A stretch of 64,000 nucleotides of DNA, taken from an uncultured bacterium (lineage in GTDB: Bacteria; Verrucomicrobiota; Verrucomicrobiia; Verrucomicrobiales; DEV007). Position 1 is the first letter of the stretch. Each line of letters begins with the position of its first letter. Below, in pieces: positions 19,152 through 27,550 of the stretch. The DNA lies in NCBI GenBank assembly GCA_963977015.1, contig CAXBMO010000004.1, positions 128,001 through 192,000 of the forward strand, given 5' to 3'. The notes beneath the pieces were generated by a model. The model did no database searches. It was not told where the DNA came from and saw nothing but the letters and a program-made list of their open reading frames with translations. A program made the translations under genes and the position numbers.

Positions 19152-20627
19152 TCAGGACTTGCCAACCGCCGGGCGAAACACCACCCGCGGCACCCGCATC
19201 ACACGGTACCCTCCCTCGGCGCTTTCGTCAGGAAGACGAACTTCGTCCATCTCCTCATCGACAACGACGTGGTCGTCATCCTCTGCAATCTGCACATAGG
19301 CGAGCACCTCGACCGCGCCATTCTCCGGCGGATGATCTTCCAACAGGCGAGGCAGGGAAACGGAATCGACGTGCTTCACCGCATCGCCAATCACATCACG
19401 CATCCCTTTCCAATCCAGGCGCCGCATCTGCGAAAACAAATCAAAGGCTTCGTCCAATTCGTCAGTCCCCGCCTCCGCGACCTGGAGATCCATCGTATCC
19501 ACTTCCGCCGCCGGCGACCAGAACGTCCGGCTAAAGGTCACAAACGGTTTGTAGCCTTCTTCAATGTCCAGGCCGACCACCTCTTCAGGCGGCGCATTCC
19601 GAGCCTGACGCGCCAAATTCAAGACTTCTTCGATCGTGAGCGCGACTTTCCGGCGCTCGTCCGCCACCTTGCCATCGAGGATCCGTCGAATCGACGCCGA
19701 CAGCCGCTGATTCGTCTGCATGACCTGCTCCGCCTCCGCCGTCAGTGCCGGGATCATGTTTCGCAACATCTCCATCTCTTCCTCATCCCCTCCAATCTGT
19801 TCGATCTTCCGCACATTCTCGACCAAATCACGCAGCGTGCGCTGGCGCGAGGGCGATAGAATCAGGTTCACGAAGCCGTAAAAACTCTTCCCCTGGTCGG
19901 AGTCCTTCAAGACCGACTCCGAATTCATCACATACTCCAACAGATCCCCCTTGTTCTCCCCCGCCATCTGCATGTCCTGAACCTGCCGGGTAATTTCCTT
20001 GAACTTGTCTTCCACCTTGCGGAAATCCCCCAAAACACGTTGCAACAGATCCAGCGCAAAATGAAATCGCTCCCGAATCTGGGACTCATCGTAGGTTTTC
20101 GCGTCCCCACTTTGCTGAATCCGATCAATCTCGGCCTGCAATTGGTCGCGCTCTTCGGCCAGCGCCGCCACCTGGCTATCCGCGTCATCGCCCGAAAAAA
20201 TCACCACCTCCCGCAGCGTATCGACGATGGCCAACACGCAACTCTCGGCGCCGACAAACTGATCATCACGCTTCACCGACTCTCTCGCGAATCGCATCGC
20301 AGCCTCGGTATGAGCCGTCAACTGATAGACCGGCTCCTCGCTCGAACCCTGAAAATAACGCTGAAGATACCGCGTCTCCGGTTTGCACCACGCGTTCAGG
20401 TAATCCAGCGGCGCCTCATTCAACGCATCGGGGTGTTGCTCCTGATAATCGGTCAGATCCGCGATCAGTTGATCCTGTGGAATGGTGATCCGTTGCTCCC
20501 GTTTAAACTCCTGATACAGGAAGTGCAGAATGAAGCTCCCATTCTGAGCTCGCAACAAGCGAGTCGTCGGGGATTGGGTCAGAAAAACCTGAAGATCGTC
20601 TAGTTCCACGTTCCGAATTTTTAGCAA
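19152..20627 (-). CDS. jetA: JetA/MksF (DUF3375) kleisin; start may be GTG 20609
   Basis: SPTTRLLRA; YLNAWC; FVGAES; DFRKVEDKF; SDQGKSFYGF motifs typical of DUF3375. Confidence 0.88.
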   Translation of the reverse strand: MLKIRNVELDDLQVFLTQSPTTRLLRAQNGSFILHFLYQEFKREQRITIPQDQLIADLTDYQEQHPDALNEAPLDYLNAWCKPETRYLQRYFQGSSEEPVYQLTAHTEAAMRFARESVKRDDQFVGAESCVLAIVDTLREVVIFSGDDADSQVAALAEERDQLQAEIDRIQQSGDAKTYDESQIRERFHFALDLLQRVLGDFRKVEDKFKEITRQVQDMQMAGENKGDLLEYVMNSESVLKDSDQGKSFYGFVNLILSPSRQRTLRDLVENVRKIEQIGGDEEEMEMLRNMIPALTAEAEQVMQTNQRLSASIRRILDGKVADERRKVALTIEEVLNLARQARNAPPEEVVGLDIEEGYKPFVTFSRTFWSPAAEVDTMDLQVAEAGTDELDEAFDLFSQMRRLDWKGMRDVIGDAVKHVDSVSLPRLLEDHPPENGAVEVLAYVQIAEDDDHVVVDEEMDEVRLPDESAEGGYRVMRVPRVVFRPAVGKS

Positions 20628-20765
20628 GCCCTAACAATATGGCAACTTTTTCTTCTTGGATTGCCGAATGAAGCTCAAAACCCCTGCAAAAAACTAGTTG
20701 CTCATCGCGAAGAAGAGTGCACAATACGGGCCGTTCTCGGCCCGGCATTCCTGAGTTGAGAATAA

Positions 20766-20839
20766 GCGCTCGTAGATCAACTGGATAGATCGTCTGACTA
20801 CGGATCAGAAGGTTGAGGGTTCGAATCCTTCCGAGCGCG
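20766..20839 (+). tRNA. tRNA-Arg(ACG); CCA not encoded
   Basis: Acceptor stem GCGCTCG/CGAGCGC; anticodon arm TCTGA-CTACGGA-TCAGA; T-arm GAGGG-TTCGAAT-CCTTC. Confidence 0.96.
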
Positions 20840-20892
20840 CCTTTCATTCTCAGGGGGATACGCAGGATCTAAGGGAGCATTCAAAAAGAGGG

Positions 20893-21041
20893 GGACTACA
20901 CCAAGTTTGGGGGATTGCCGTTTTTCATCCGCACTCGGCAATGACGCGCAGGCGGTAGTTGTTAAAGTTTCGGAAGCCGTAGGCACGGCGTTGGATCAGT
21001 TTCAATTCCGTCGTAATTTTCTCTACCAGACCACTTGAGAG
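20893..21041 (-). pseudogene. ISL3-family transposase C-terminal remnant with probable right end
   Basis: LSSGLVEKITTELKLIQRRAYGFRNFNNYRLRV matches the ISL3 C-terminus; CCCCCAAACTTGGTGTAGTCC after the stop resembles an ISL3 IR. Confidence 0.8.
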
Positions 21042-21320
21042 CTTCTCTGCCTCCTTATTGAGGGGATGCTCTGTAGGTAAGAATATACCGACAGTACTGC
21101 TCAACACCTGGCAAGAGGCTGTTCATGATATTCGTCATTCGAAACGAAGGTGAGTCGCCCATTGCTTTGATTGCTGATTGAATCAGCGTTTCAACCATGG
21201 CAACCTCACTCGTTGCATTGGGATTAGGCGGTTCCTTTGAGTGTTCTACCCTAAGTTCTTGTCCATTGAGCCCCTTCGAAAATTCTTACTTTCATCCGTT
21301 CAATTGGGCAAGATGAGTTC

Positions 21321-24300
21321 TCATCCCACTTCATCTACCTGCGGGCAGGTTGCTTCCAATTTCGAAAAAATCCCCTCAATCACCTGTTCTTTGCCAGTGA
21401 ACACGGCCTCTGGTCCACCCGCGTCCAAATCCGAAAACGGCGATTCGTAAAGCGCTTCCGCTCCCATGACTCCGCGGTGGGTTAGTTGGTCAATAATCAG
21501 TTCAACAAACCGAATCTGATTGGCGGAGAGGCTTCGGTCCCCAAGGAACTCCGCGAAAGCCTGCTGCGCTGCGGTCCGGTCCATTCCGATCAACTTCCGG
21601 ACGAAATGCGGCAATGACGGGGCTTCGCTTTGGGCCAGCAAATCGGACAGCAACCTTTCACCCTGGTCCTCGCCAATCTCCTGCAAGGTTCGCTCCAATT
21701 CCGCAAGATCCAGTGCCGTCATCGGCTGATTGGTTCGCAAGCGGTGAATCACAATGTGATCCAGGTGAGCTTTCAAAAACTCCTTCACTTTCCGTTCATA
21801 TTGCGCCCCGGTCATCTTCGGCACCAAGACCGGTTCTCCTACCCGTACGCCCTGAATTTCGTCTTCGAAATCGGTGTAAACAATCTTGCGCTTTTTCTTG
21901 TCGAGAAACTGAACAAGACCTCGCAGCCGAAGCCGCAACTCCTCCAACAACGCCAGGGTGATGCCTTCCCAGAATTCCGTGGTCTGCACTATCTGCAAAT
22001 ACGCCAATTGCTCTGTTACCGCGGGAATGGCGTCCTTTCCTTCCAGCAACGCGGCAATTTCGATCACCGATAGTCTGATGCTTTCGGAAACACCACTCTT
22101 GTTGGCGACTCCCAGCTGCATTTTCAGCACCTTTAAATCGAACATTCGTGCTTCGATTTCATCGTTCTCGATTTGGCTGGGAAGGTTTGCGATGTCCCGC
22201 TCTAACACGTGCACGTCCCCCTCAGTCAATTGGCCCCAAGATTCCTTTTTCTGGAATCGCTCCACCGGTTCCAGTCGCATCCGAACGATAAAATTTTCGG
22301 GATTCATGGCTGCGACCTCCGCGTGAAGACCGGCTGCCAGCGACTGCGTCAGTTTCCCCTCCGGTTCCAATTCCGATTCCTTCTGCAACGTGGCCAGTAG
22401 CTCCACCCGCGTCTTGAACAGCCGACTCCCGATCGATTCGCCCCCGCGCCCTTCGATCCCGTCTGGATTCTCGCGGAAGAAATCGAAATTGAAACAAAAA
22501 TCGAAGATCCGGAAGTCCTTCTTGTCCTTGTCCGGCTCAAAAAGATTCTCGCAGAGCCGGGTGCCGCGTCCAATCATTTGCCAGAACTTGATCTTCGAGT
22601 AGACCGGCTTGAAAAACACCAAATTCACCACCTCTGGCACGTCAATTCCGGTGTCTAACATATCCACCGAAATCGCAATGTGCGGTTCTTTGTCCTTCAA
22701 CGAAAAATCGTCGATTAGGCTCTGCGGATAGGCCGCCTGGTTGTCAATCACGCGGGCAAAATGCCCCTTGAGTTCTGGATAGTGGTGGTTGAACCGCTCC
22801 TCAATGAACTTCGCTTGATCGTGATTCCGAGCAAAAATAATCGTCTTCCCGAGCCGGTCGCCACTCGCCACCGTATGCCCGCGCTCCATCAGGTGCTGCA
22901 GCACCTTGTCCACCGTGTCAGTGTTGAAGAGCCACTGATTGATCGCCGACGCATTCACGGCCGCCGGCGGGCCGTCATCACCGTCGTCACCCCAATCAAT
23001 CCCCTCCCATTCGGCCTGCTCTTCCTGACTAAGATCGTCATAGCTGATTCCCTCGCGTGGAAACTTCAGATCTACCTGCTCGACTCGCGGTGGCACGAGA
23101 AAGCCGTCACTCACCGCCTGATCCAGTTCATAAGCATCGGTCGGCACCCCTGCTTCCAGATCAAACAGATCGTAGGTGTTTTTATCGATCTCTTCCCGGG
23201 GTGTCGCCGTCAGCCCCAGTAGCAGGGAGTCGAAATACTCGAAGATCGCCCCGTATTTTTGGTAAATGGACCGGTGTGCTTCGTCGATGATCACCAAATC
23301 GAAGTGGCCCGGGCCGAACCGCGCCACCCCGCCCTTGGTTTCGTCGATCAATCCCATCATCGTGGGGTAGGTGCAGACATAGACCCGGCCTTCCTTGTTT
23401 TTCTCGGTCACCAGATTCACCGGGCTGGAATCCGGCAGATGCATTTTGAAGGCGTTTGCTGCCTGGTTCACCAGGGAAATCCGGTCGGCCAGAAACAAGA
23501 CTCGCTTCGCCCAATTGGCCCTCTGCAACACATCGGTCAGGGCGATCGCGGTCCGGGTCTTGCCCGTTCCCGTGGCCATCACCAGCAACCCCTTGCGCTG
23601 ATGCGCGGCGAAGGTGGCTCCAAGGCTCGCGATGGCCCGTTTCTGGTAATAGCGACCCGCGATTTCCTCATTCACCTGGGCCACGTCCAGGGGCTTGCGG
23701 ATCTGGCGGCGCTGCACCAGTCGCTCCAGGTCGTCCTTGCTGTAGAAACCGGCCACGCGCCGCGGCGGATAGGAGCGGTCGTCCCAGATCCAGGTTTCGT
23801 AACCGTTCGTGAAAAAGATCACCGGCCTTTGACCATGCATCTGTTCCAGGCAATCCGCGTAAAGCTTGGCTTGTTGCTGGCCGTTCTTCGGGTCGGCCGT
23901 GGTCCGCTTGGCCTCCACCAATCCGAGCGGCAGCCCGTTGTCGCCCCACAACACGTAGTCGACGAACCCCTTGCCGGGACTGTTCGGCATTCCCGTCACC
24001 GGGTATTCCCGATCCTGCGGCTTTTCCAGGGGCCAACCGGCCCGGCGCAGGTCCACATCGATCAGGTATTTCCGCGTTTCCGCCTCGGAGTAATCATGCG
24101 GATCGCTCTTGGCTTCATTCTCCGCAATGACCTTTGCCAACTCTTCGCGAACGGTTTTCAGCTCGGCGTCCAGCGCGTCAATCTTCTGCTGTTTTTCGAG
24201 AGTCTCGCAGCTCGTCCGCTCCAGTTCCGCCTCCAGCCTGGCCAGTTCTTCGCGGGAGATCGTCGGTTCGCTCACCACAGGTTTCGGCACCAGGCCGTCG

Positions 24301-24710
24301 CTCCAGGCTGCCTCACCGGGATCCGGCTGAGCTTCCCGCGAATAGGTTCGGGCCACCCAATACAGAACATGGTGCAGTTCCTGCACCACCCGCAGGGCAT
24401 CACCTTCACCTACTGGCCGGGGATTGTGCGCCGCTGCATTGCCCATCTTGTGAATGACCCGCGCTTTCTGAAACACCGCCTCCGGCAACACGCGCCGAAA
24501 GCTCGGCTCGTAGAGAAACGCCCCCAGGTTCCGGTCATAGGGCCGCTTCAGCCGCTGGTCGAAGCGAAAGAGCCAGTGAATCGTTGTCTCCAGGGCGAAC
24601 CGGGCGTGAAAACAGGAGGCCCGCGCGTCTGCAAGAGCCTGCCGCTCCGCCTTCATCGCCGCTTCGGCCAATTCGGGGAACTCAGTTTCGAGAAAGGCGA
24701 AGTTTGACAT
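21321..24710 (-). CDS. hsdR: type I restriction enzyme R subunit (EcoAI/EcoEI-like)
   Basis: Nuclease motif FVDYVL...VEAKR; MATGTGKT; IDEAHRS; GLTATP; TGIDVP; QMIGRGTR. Confidence 0.96.
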   Translation of the reverse strand: MSNFAFLETEFPELAEAAMKAERQALADARASCFHARFALETTIHWLFRFDQRLKRPYDRNLGAFLYEPSFRRVLPEAVFQKARVIHKMGNAAAHNPRPVGEGDALRVVQELHHVLYWVARTYSREAQPDPGEAAWSDGLVPKPVVSEPTISREELARLEAELERTSCETLEKQQKIDALDAELKTVREELAKVIAENEAKSDPHDYSEAETRKYLIDVDLRRAGWPLEKPQDREYPVTGMPNSPGKGFVDYVLWGDNGLPLGLVEAKRTTADPKNGQQQAKLYADCLEQMHGQRPVIFFTNGYETWIWDDRSYPPRRVAGFYSKDDLERLVQRRQIRKPLDVAQVNEEIAGRYYQKRAIASLGATFAAHQRKGLLVMATGTGKTRTAIALTDVLQRANWAKRVLFLADRISLVNQAANAFKMHLPDSSPVNLVTEKNKEGRVYVCTYPTMMGLIDETKGGVARFGPGHFDLVIIDEAHRSIYQKYGAIFEYFDSLLLGLTATPREEIDKNTYDLFDLEAGVPTDAYELDQAVSDGFLVPPRVEQVDLKFPREGISYDDLSQEEQAEWEGIDWGDDGDDGPPAAVNASAINQWLFNTDTVDKVLQHLMERGHTVASGDRLGKTIIFARNHDQAKFIEERFNHHYPELKGHFARVIDNQAAYPQSLIDDFSLKDKEPHIAISVDMLDTGIDVPEVVNLVFFKPVYSKIKFWQMIGRGTRLCENLFEPDKDKKDFRIFDFCFNFDFFRENPDGIEGRGGESIGSRLFKTRVELLATLQKESELEPEGKLTQSLAAGLHAEVAAMNPENFIVRMRLEPVERFQKKESWGQLTEGDVHVLERDIANLPSQIENDEIEARMFDLKVLKMQLGVANKSGVSESIRLSVIEIAALLEGKDAIPAVTEQLAYLQIVQTTEFWEGITLALLEELRLRLRGLVQFLDKKKRKIVYTDFEDEIQGVRVGEPVLVPKMTGAQYERKVKEFLKAHLDHIVIHRLRTNQPMTALDLAELERTLQEIGEDQGERLLSDLLAQSEAPSLPHFVRKLIGMDRTAAQQAFAEFLGDRSLSANQIRFVELIIDQLTHRGVMGAEALYESPFSDLDAGGPEAVFTGKEQVIEGIFSKLEATCPQVDEVG

Positions 24711-24792
24711 TCGTGTTGCTGATTCTGATGCCCAACAGAGGAGGAATCAACTTACCAGTTAAACTTTGCCAGATTCTCTGGAGCCCGCCGAA

Positions 24793-25998
24793 TCATTTTT
24801 GCAAAAGGGGAGCAAATCGTTGTTCGAGAGTCCTTCGATTGTAGCGGCTGAGTGCAGGGCGGTTTGCCCACGCAGCATGAACATGCCTCCGCCATTCCCC
24901 TCGCGGTTGACGTTGAATCGAACCCATACTGAAAAGGCTTTGCTCAATTTGTTCACCTGACTTCCCAAGCTTTGAGGCAAGATCATCAATTACCTGGCAG
25001 TAAAGTTCGTAGTTAAAACCGGTGTTCAGTTGGCCAGGTCCCTGGTCCGTATGACGGATGAGATTCTCGCCAGTAAGCAAGATGACGGACTTTGTCGTCC
25101 ACTGATCCATAATGTAGTGATTCTTAGGGCCGAAGAAATAAAGGAGCTTGGTAAAGAATGCGGGGCCCAAACCGGGGATGTTGGCATTGCCAGCAAAGAG
25201 GTCATAAGCCTCGGCACGGCTGAGTTTACAATCCCGTAGCTTGATCAGCTTGCCCCGAATGGCACGCCTCGCATTCCAAGCCTTCTGGGCGTTCTCGGCT
25301 CCCCCCGGTCCCAACCCCTGACCACCCCAAGCCATTGCACAGATGTAGCCGAATAGCGGATCCTTCTCGGTGTTGCTGCAATGCTGGCGAACGTCATGTC
25401 GGGCGAGTTGATCGACTGGAAAAGGACCCAATTGCGAAACCTCCTCTAGCTCTAAGTCTTCCACCCATTGCGCGGGAACGTCACCGATTCTTCCCTGCAT
25501 GAGGAAGGGCGCTTTTCGAAAAGCTTCAAAATGCTCCGGGTCGTAGAAAAAATTCGTGGCTTCTCCGCCATCCGCCTCCGCCATCGTTTCAAATGTCCAT
25601 GGCACGAACTCCCCAGACGGCTGTCCCCGGAAGAGATTCACCATGGATTCGCGGAACGATTTGTCTTTTGCCAACTTCCGGGTGGAACTCGAGATCTCGC
25701 TCCGACTGCGCAAATCTGGATCGAGAACGTCAATAGCGACTAACTCGGCCGCCTCACGTCTCCCGTTGTCGTCAAAGCCCGGTTCCGTCCACCAGATCAC
25801 CCTGGCGACGAGATCCGGATTGAGCGAAACCGCTGCCGATTTGCTGGTGATGCTGCTGCCGCGGTGAATCAAGTGCTGCTCGATCCGGCGGCGGAGATTC
25901 TTGCCCATCTCAACGTAGACCACACGTTCCTGGCCATCGAGCATCGCATAGATTCCCGGTAGCGTGGGGATGGAGGTAAGCTGGAACGAAGTGGACAT
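24793..25998 (-). CDS. GIY-YIG-like domain fused to an OGG-like helix-hairpin-helix DNA glycosylase domain
   Basis: N-terminal PGIYAM...VVYVEMGKNLRRRIEQH; C-terminal MAWGG, HhH IPGLGPAFFTKLLYF, IMDQW. Confidence 0.72.
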   Translation of the reverse strand: MSTSFQLTSIPTLPGIYAMLDGQERVVYVEMGKNLRRRIEQHLIHRGSSITSKSAAVSLNPDLVARVIWWTEPGFDDNGRREAAELVAIDVLDPDLRSRSEISSSTRKLAKDKSFRESMVNLFRGQPSGEFVPWTFETMAEADGGEATNFFYDPEHFEAFRKAPFLMQGRIGDVPAQWVEDLELEEVSQLGPFPVDQLARHDVRQHCSNTEKDPLFGYICAMAWGGQGLGPGGAENAQKAWNARRAIRGKLIKLRDCKLSRAEAYDLFAGNANIPGLGPAFFTKLLYFFGPKNHYIMDQWTTKSVILLTGENLIRHTDQGPGQLNTGFNYELYCQVIDDLASKLGKSGEQIEQSLFSMGSIQRQPRGEWRRHVHAAWANRPALSRYNRRTLEQRFAPLLQK

Positions 25999-26019
25999 GA
26001 GGAAGCGAGCAGAGCCCCG

Positions 26020-27153
26020 TCAAACTCGAACCAACTCCATGAGCGGTTCAAACCGATAAATTGCGGCTTTCCTCCCTGACGCCTCTTCAACGGTCTGAAG
26101 AATCTCCTCCTGCAGAAGCAGCCGGGTGAATCGGGCTGCCGTCTGGGCGGGAATTCCGGCGTTCCCGGTAAACCGGCTATTGCGAAAAACCGGATACGTG
26201 AAAACAAAATCAAGGGCATTCACCGACCACTTCGACGCCAGCAATTCAGAAAAACGCCCTTTCATATCCTCGTAAAGCGACCTGACCTTTTCGGCGACTT
26301 CCAGATTGTGAATCGCCTGCTTTTCCACTGCCGTTAGGAAAAAAATACACCAGTCGTCCCAGGCCCCCTTTGCCGAAACGTCGCGCATGGTCGCAATGTA
26401 GGCGTCCTTGTGATCTTCGAAGTAACGGCTGATGTAAAAATGGGGGGCCGCAATGGCTCCCTTTGCCCACAGCATCAGCGTGATCAGCATCCGCCCGACC
26501 CGGCCATTTCCGTCCTTAAACGGGTGCAGCGCCTCAAACTCGACATGACAAAGGGCAGCGCGCAAAAGGATTGGCATTTTCTCATCCTCAACCATGGCAA
26601 CCAGCGCATCCATACCGCTCTCAAGCTTTTCAGGCGCAATTGGCACGAAACTGACCTCTCGGCGGCCCCGCTCTCCGATATAATTCTGCTCGGCCTTGAA
26701 CGCACCGGGAGACTTGCTCGCTCCGCGTCCGAAAGACAGAAGTTGTTGATGAATACTCTTCAGCAACGAGATGGACAGCGGCCGCCCCTCGTCCATCTGC
26801 CGCTGCGCGACGCGAAGCGACCGCTGGTAGAGAACCGTCTCGATCACGTCAGATCGAGATTTCGAAGCCGAGGCCACCTCGTCACCATACTCAGCCTCGT
26901 ATTGAAGGATCTCGTCCAGCGTGCTGATCGTTCCCTCCATTCGTGAGGAGATCACCGCCTCTTGATTGCGCAGGGGTGCGAGGAAGATTTCGCTGTTGTG
27001 CAGCCCCTTTAGCATCTGGTCATAGCGCGCCAAGGAGTCGGTTGCCGCCAGCAGCGCCGACAAAATTCGCCCATAATCGAGCGACTCGGGTGGAAACTCC
27101 CCATCGTGATACCAAACGGCTTTGGACGTATCGAAGTTCATGTTCGGCTTCAT
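26020..27153 (-). CDS. Fic/DOC family protein with N-terminal Fic_N region
   Basis: HPFKDGNGRVGR Fic motif; EAVISSRMEGT inhibitory-helix-type motif; C-terminal HTH-like region. Confidence 0.92.
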   Translation of the reverse strand: MKPNMNFDTSKAVWYHDGEFPPESLDYGRILSALLAATDSLARYDQMLKGLHNSEIFLAPLRNQEAVISSRMEGTISTLDEILQYEAEYGDEVASASKSRSDVIETVLYQRSLRVAQRQMDEGRPLSISLLKSIHQQLLSFGRGASKSPGAFKAEQNYIGERGRREVSFVPIAPEKLESGMDALVAMVEDEKMPILLRAALCHVEFEALHPFKDGNGRVGRMLITLMLWAKGAIAAPHFYISRYFEDHKDAYIATMRDVSAKGAWDDWCIFFLTAVEKQAIHNLEVAEKVRSLYEDMKGRFSELLASKWSVNALDFVFTYPVFRNSRFTGNAGIPAQTAARFTRLLLQEEILQTVEEASGRKAAIYRFEPLMELVRV

Positions 27154-27243
27154 TTTTAATACCAAACTCGGTTGTTGTCGAAATTCTTGGACATTTAAAC
27201 ATTAAATCCGATCGAAGTTCATTGGTGATTGCCAGGGAGCGTT

Positions 27244-27433
27244 GATGTTAACGGGTGGCGAAAAATGAGAGACAAACTCGTTTGGCGTTCATGGTGGAAC
27301 ATCAATCTTCTTTGGCATCAAGATTCTCGAAAGTTTGATCATCGACACCTTTTGAGGCTCTCCCATGAAGGCCAAACGACTTCGATGTTAATAATCTAAT
27401 AAAAATGAGAGACAAACCCACTTGATGCTCATT
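27244..27433. repeat. 140-bp-spaced direct repeat upstream of the fic gene
   Basis: GATGTTAA-N9-AAAAATGAGAGACAAAC at 27244-27277 and at 27384-27417. Confidence 0.8.
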
Positions 27434-27550
27434 CTTGTCCTCCAAATTCGGTGCGAACCTCAAATCTCGCCGTTCGTCGAGGGTGCGAAATTGGAAGGAG
27501 CGAAGGGAATGTTTAGCTCGGCGAAGTGGGCTTGATGAACCAACGCCCTC

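Noticed and set aside
20503-20986. ORFs 20503-20847 and 20798-20986
   Set aside because: Antisense translations across the tRNA gene (GALGRIRTLNLLIRSQ is a typical tRNA shadow)
15176-24707. Long plus-strand ORFs such as 15176-16585 and 23259-24707
   Set aside because: Antisense shadows of jetC and hsdR caused by GC-rich codon bias; no motifs
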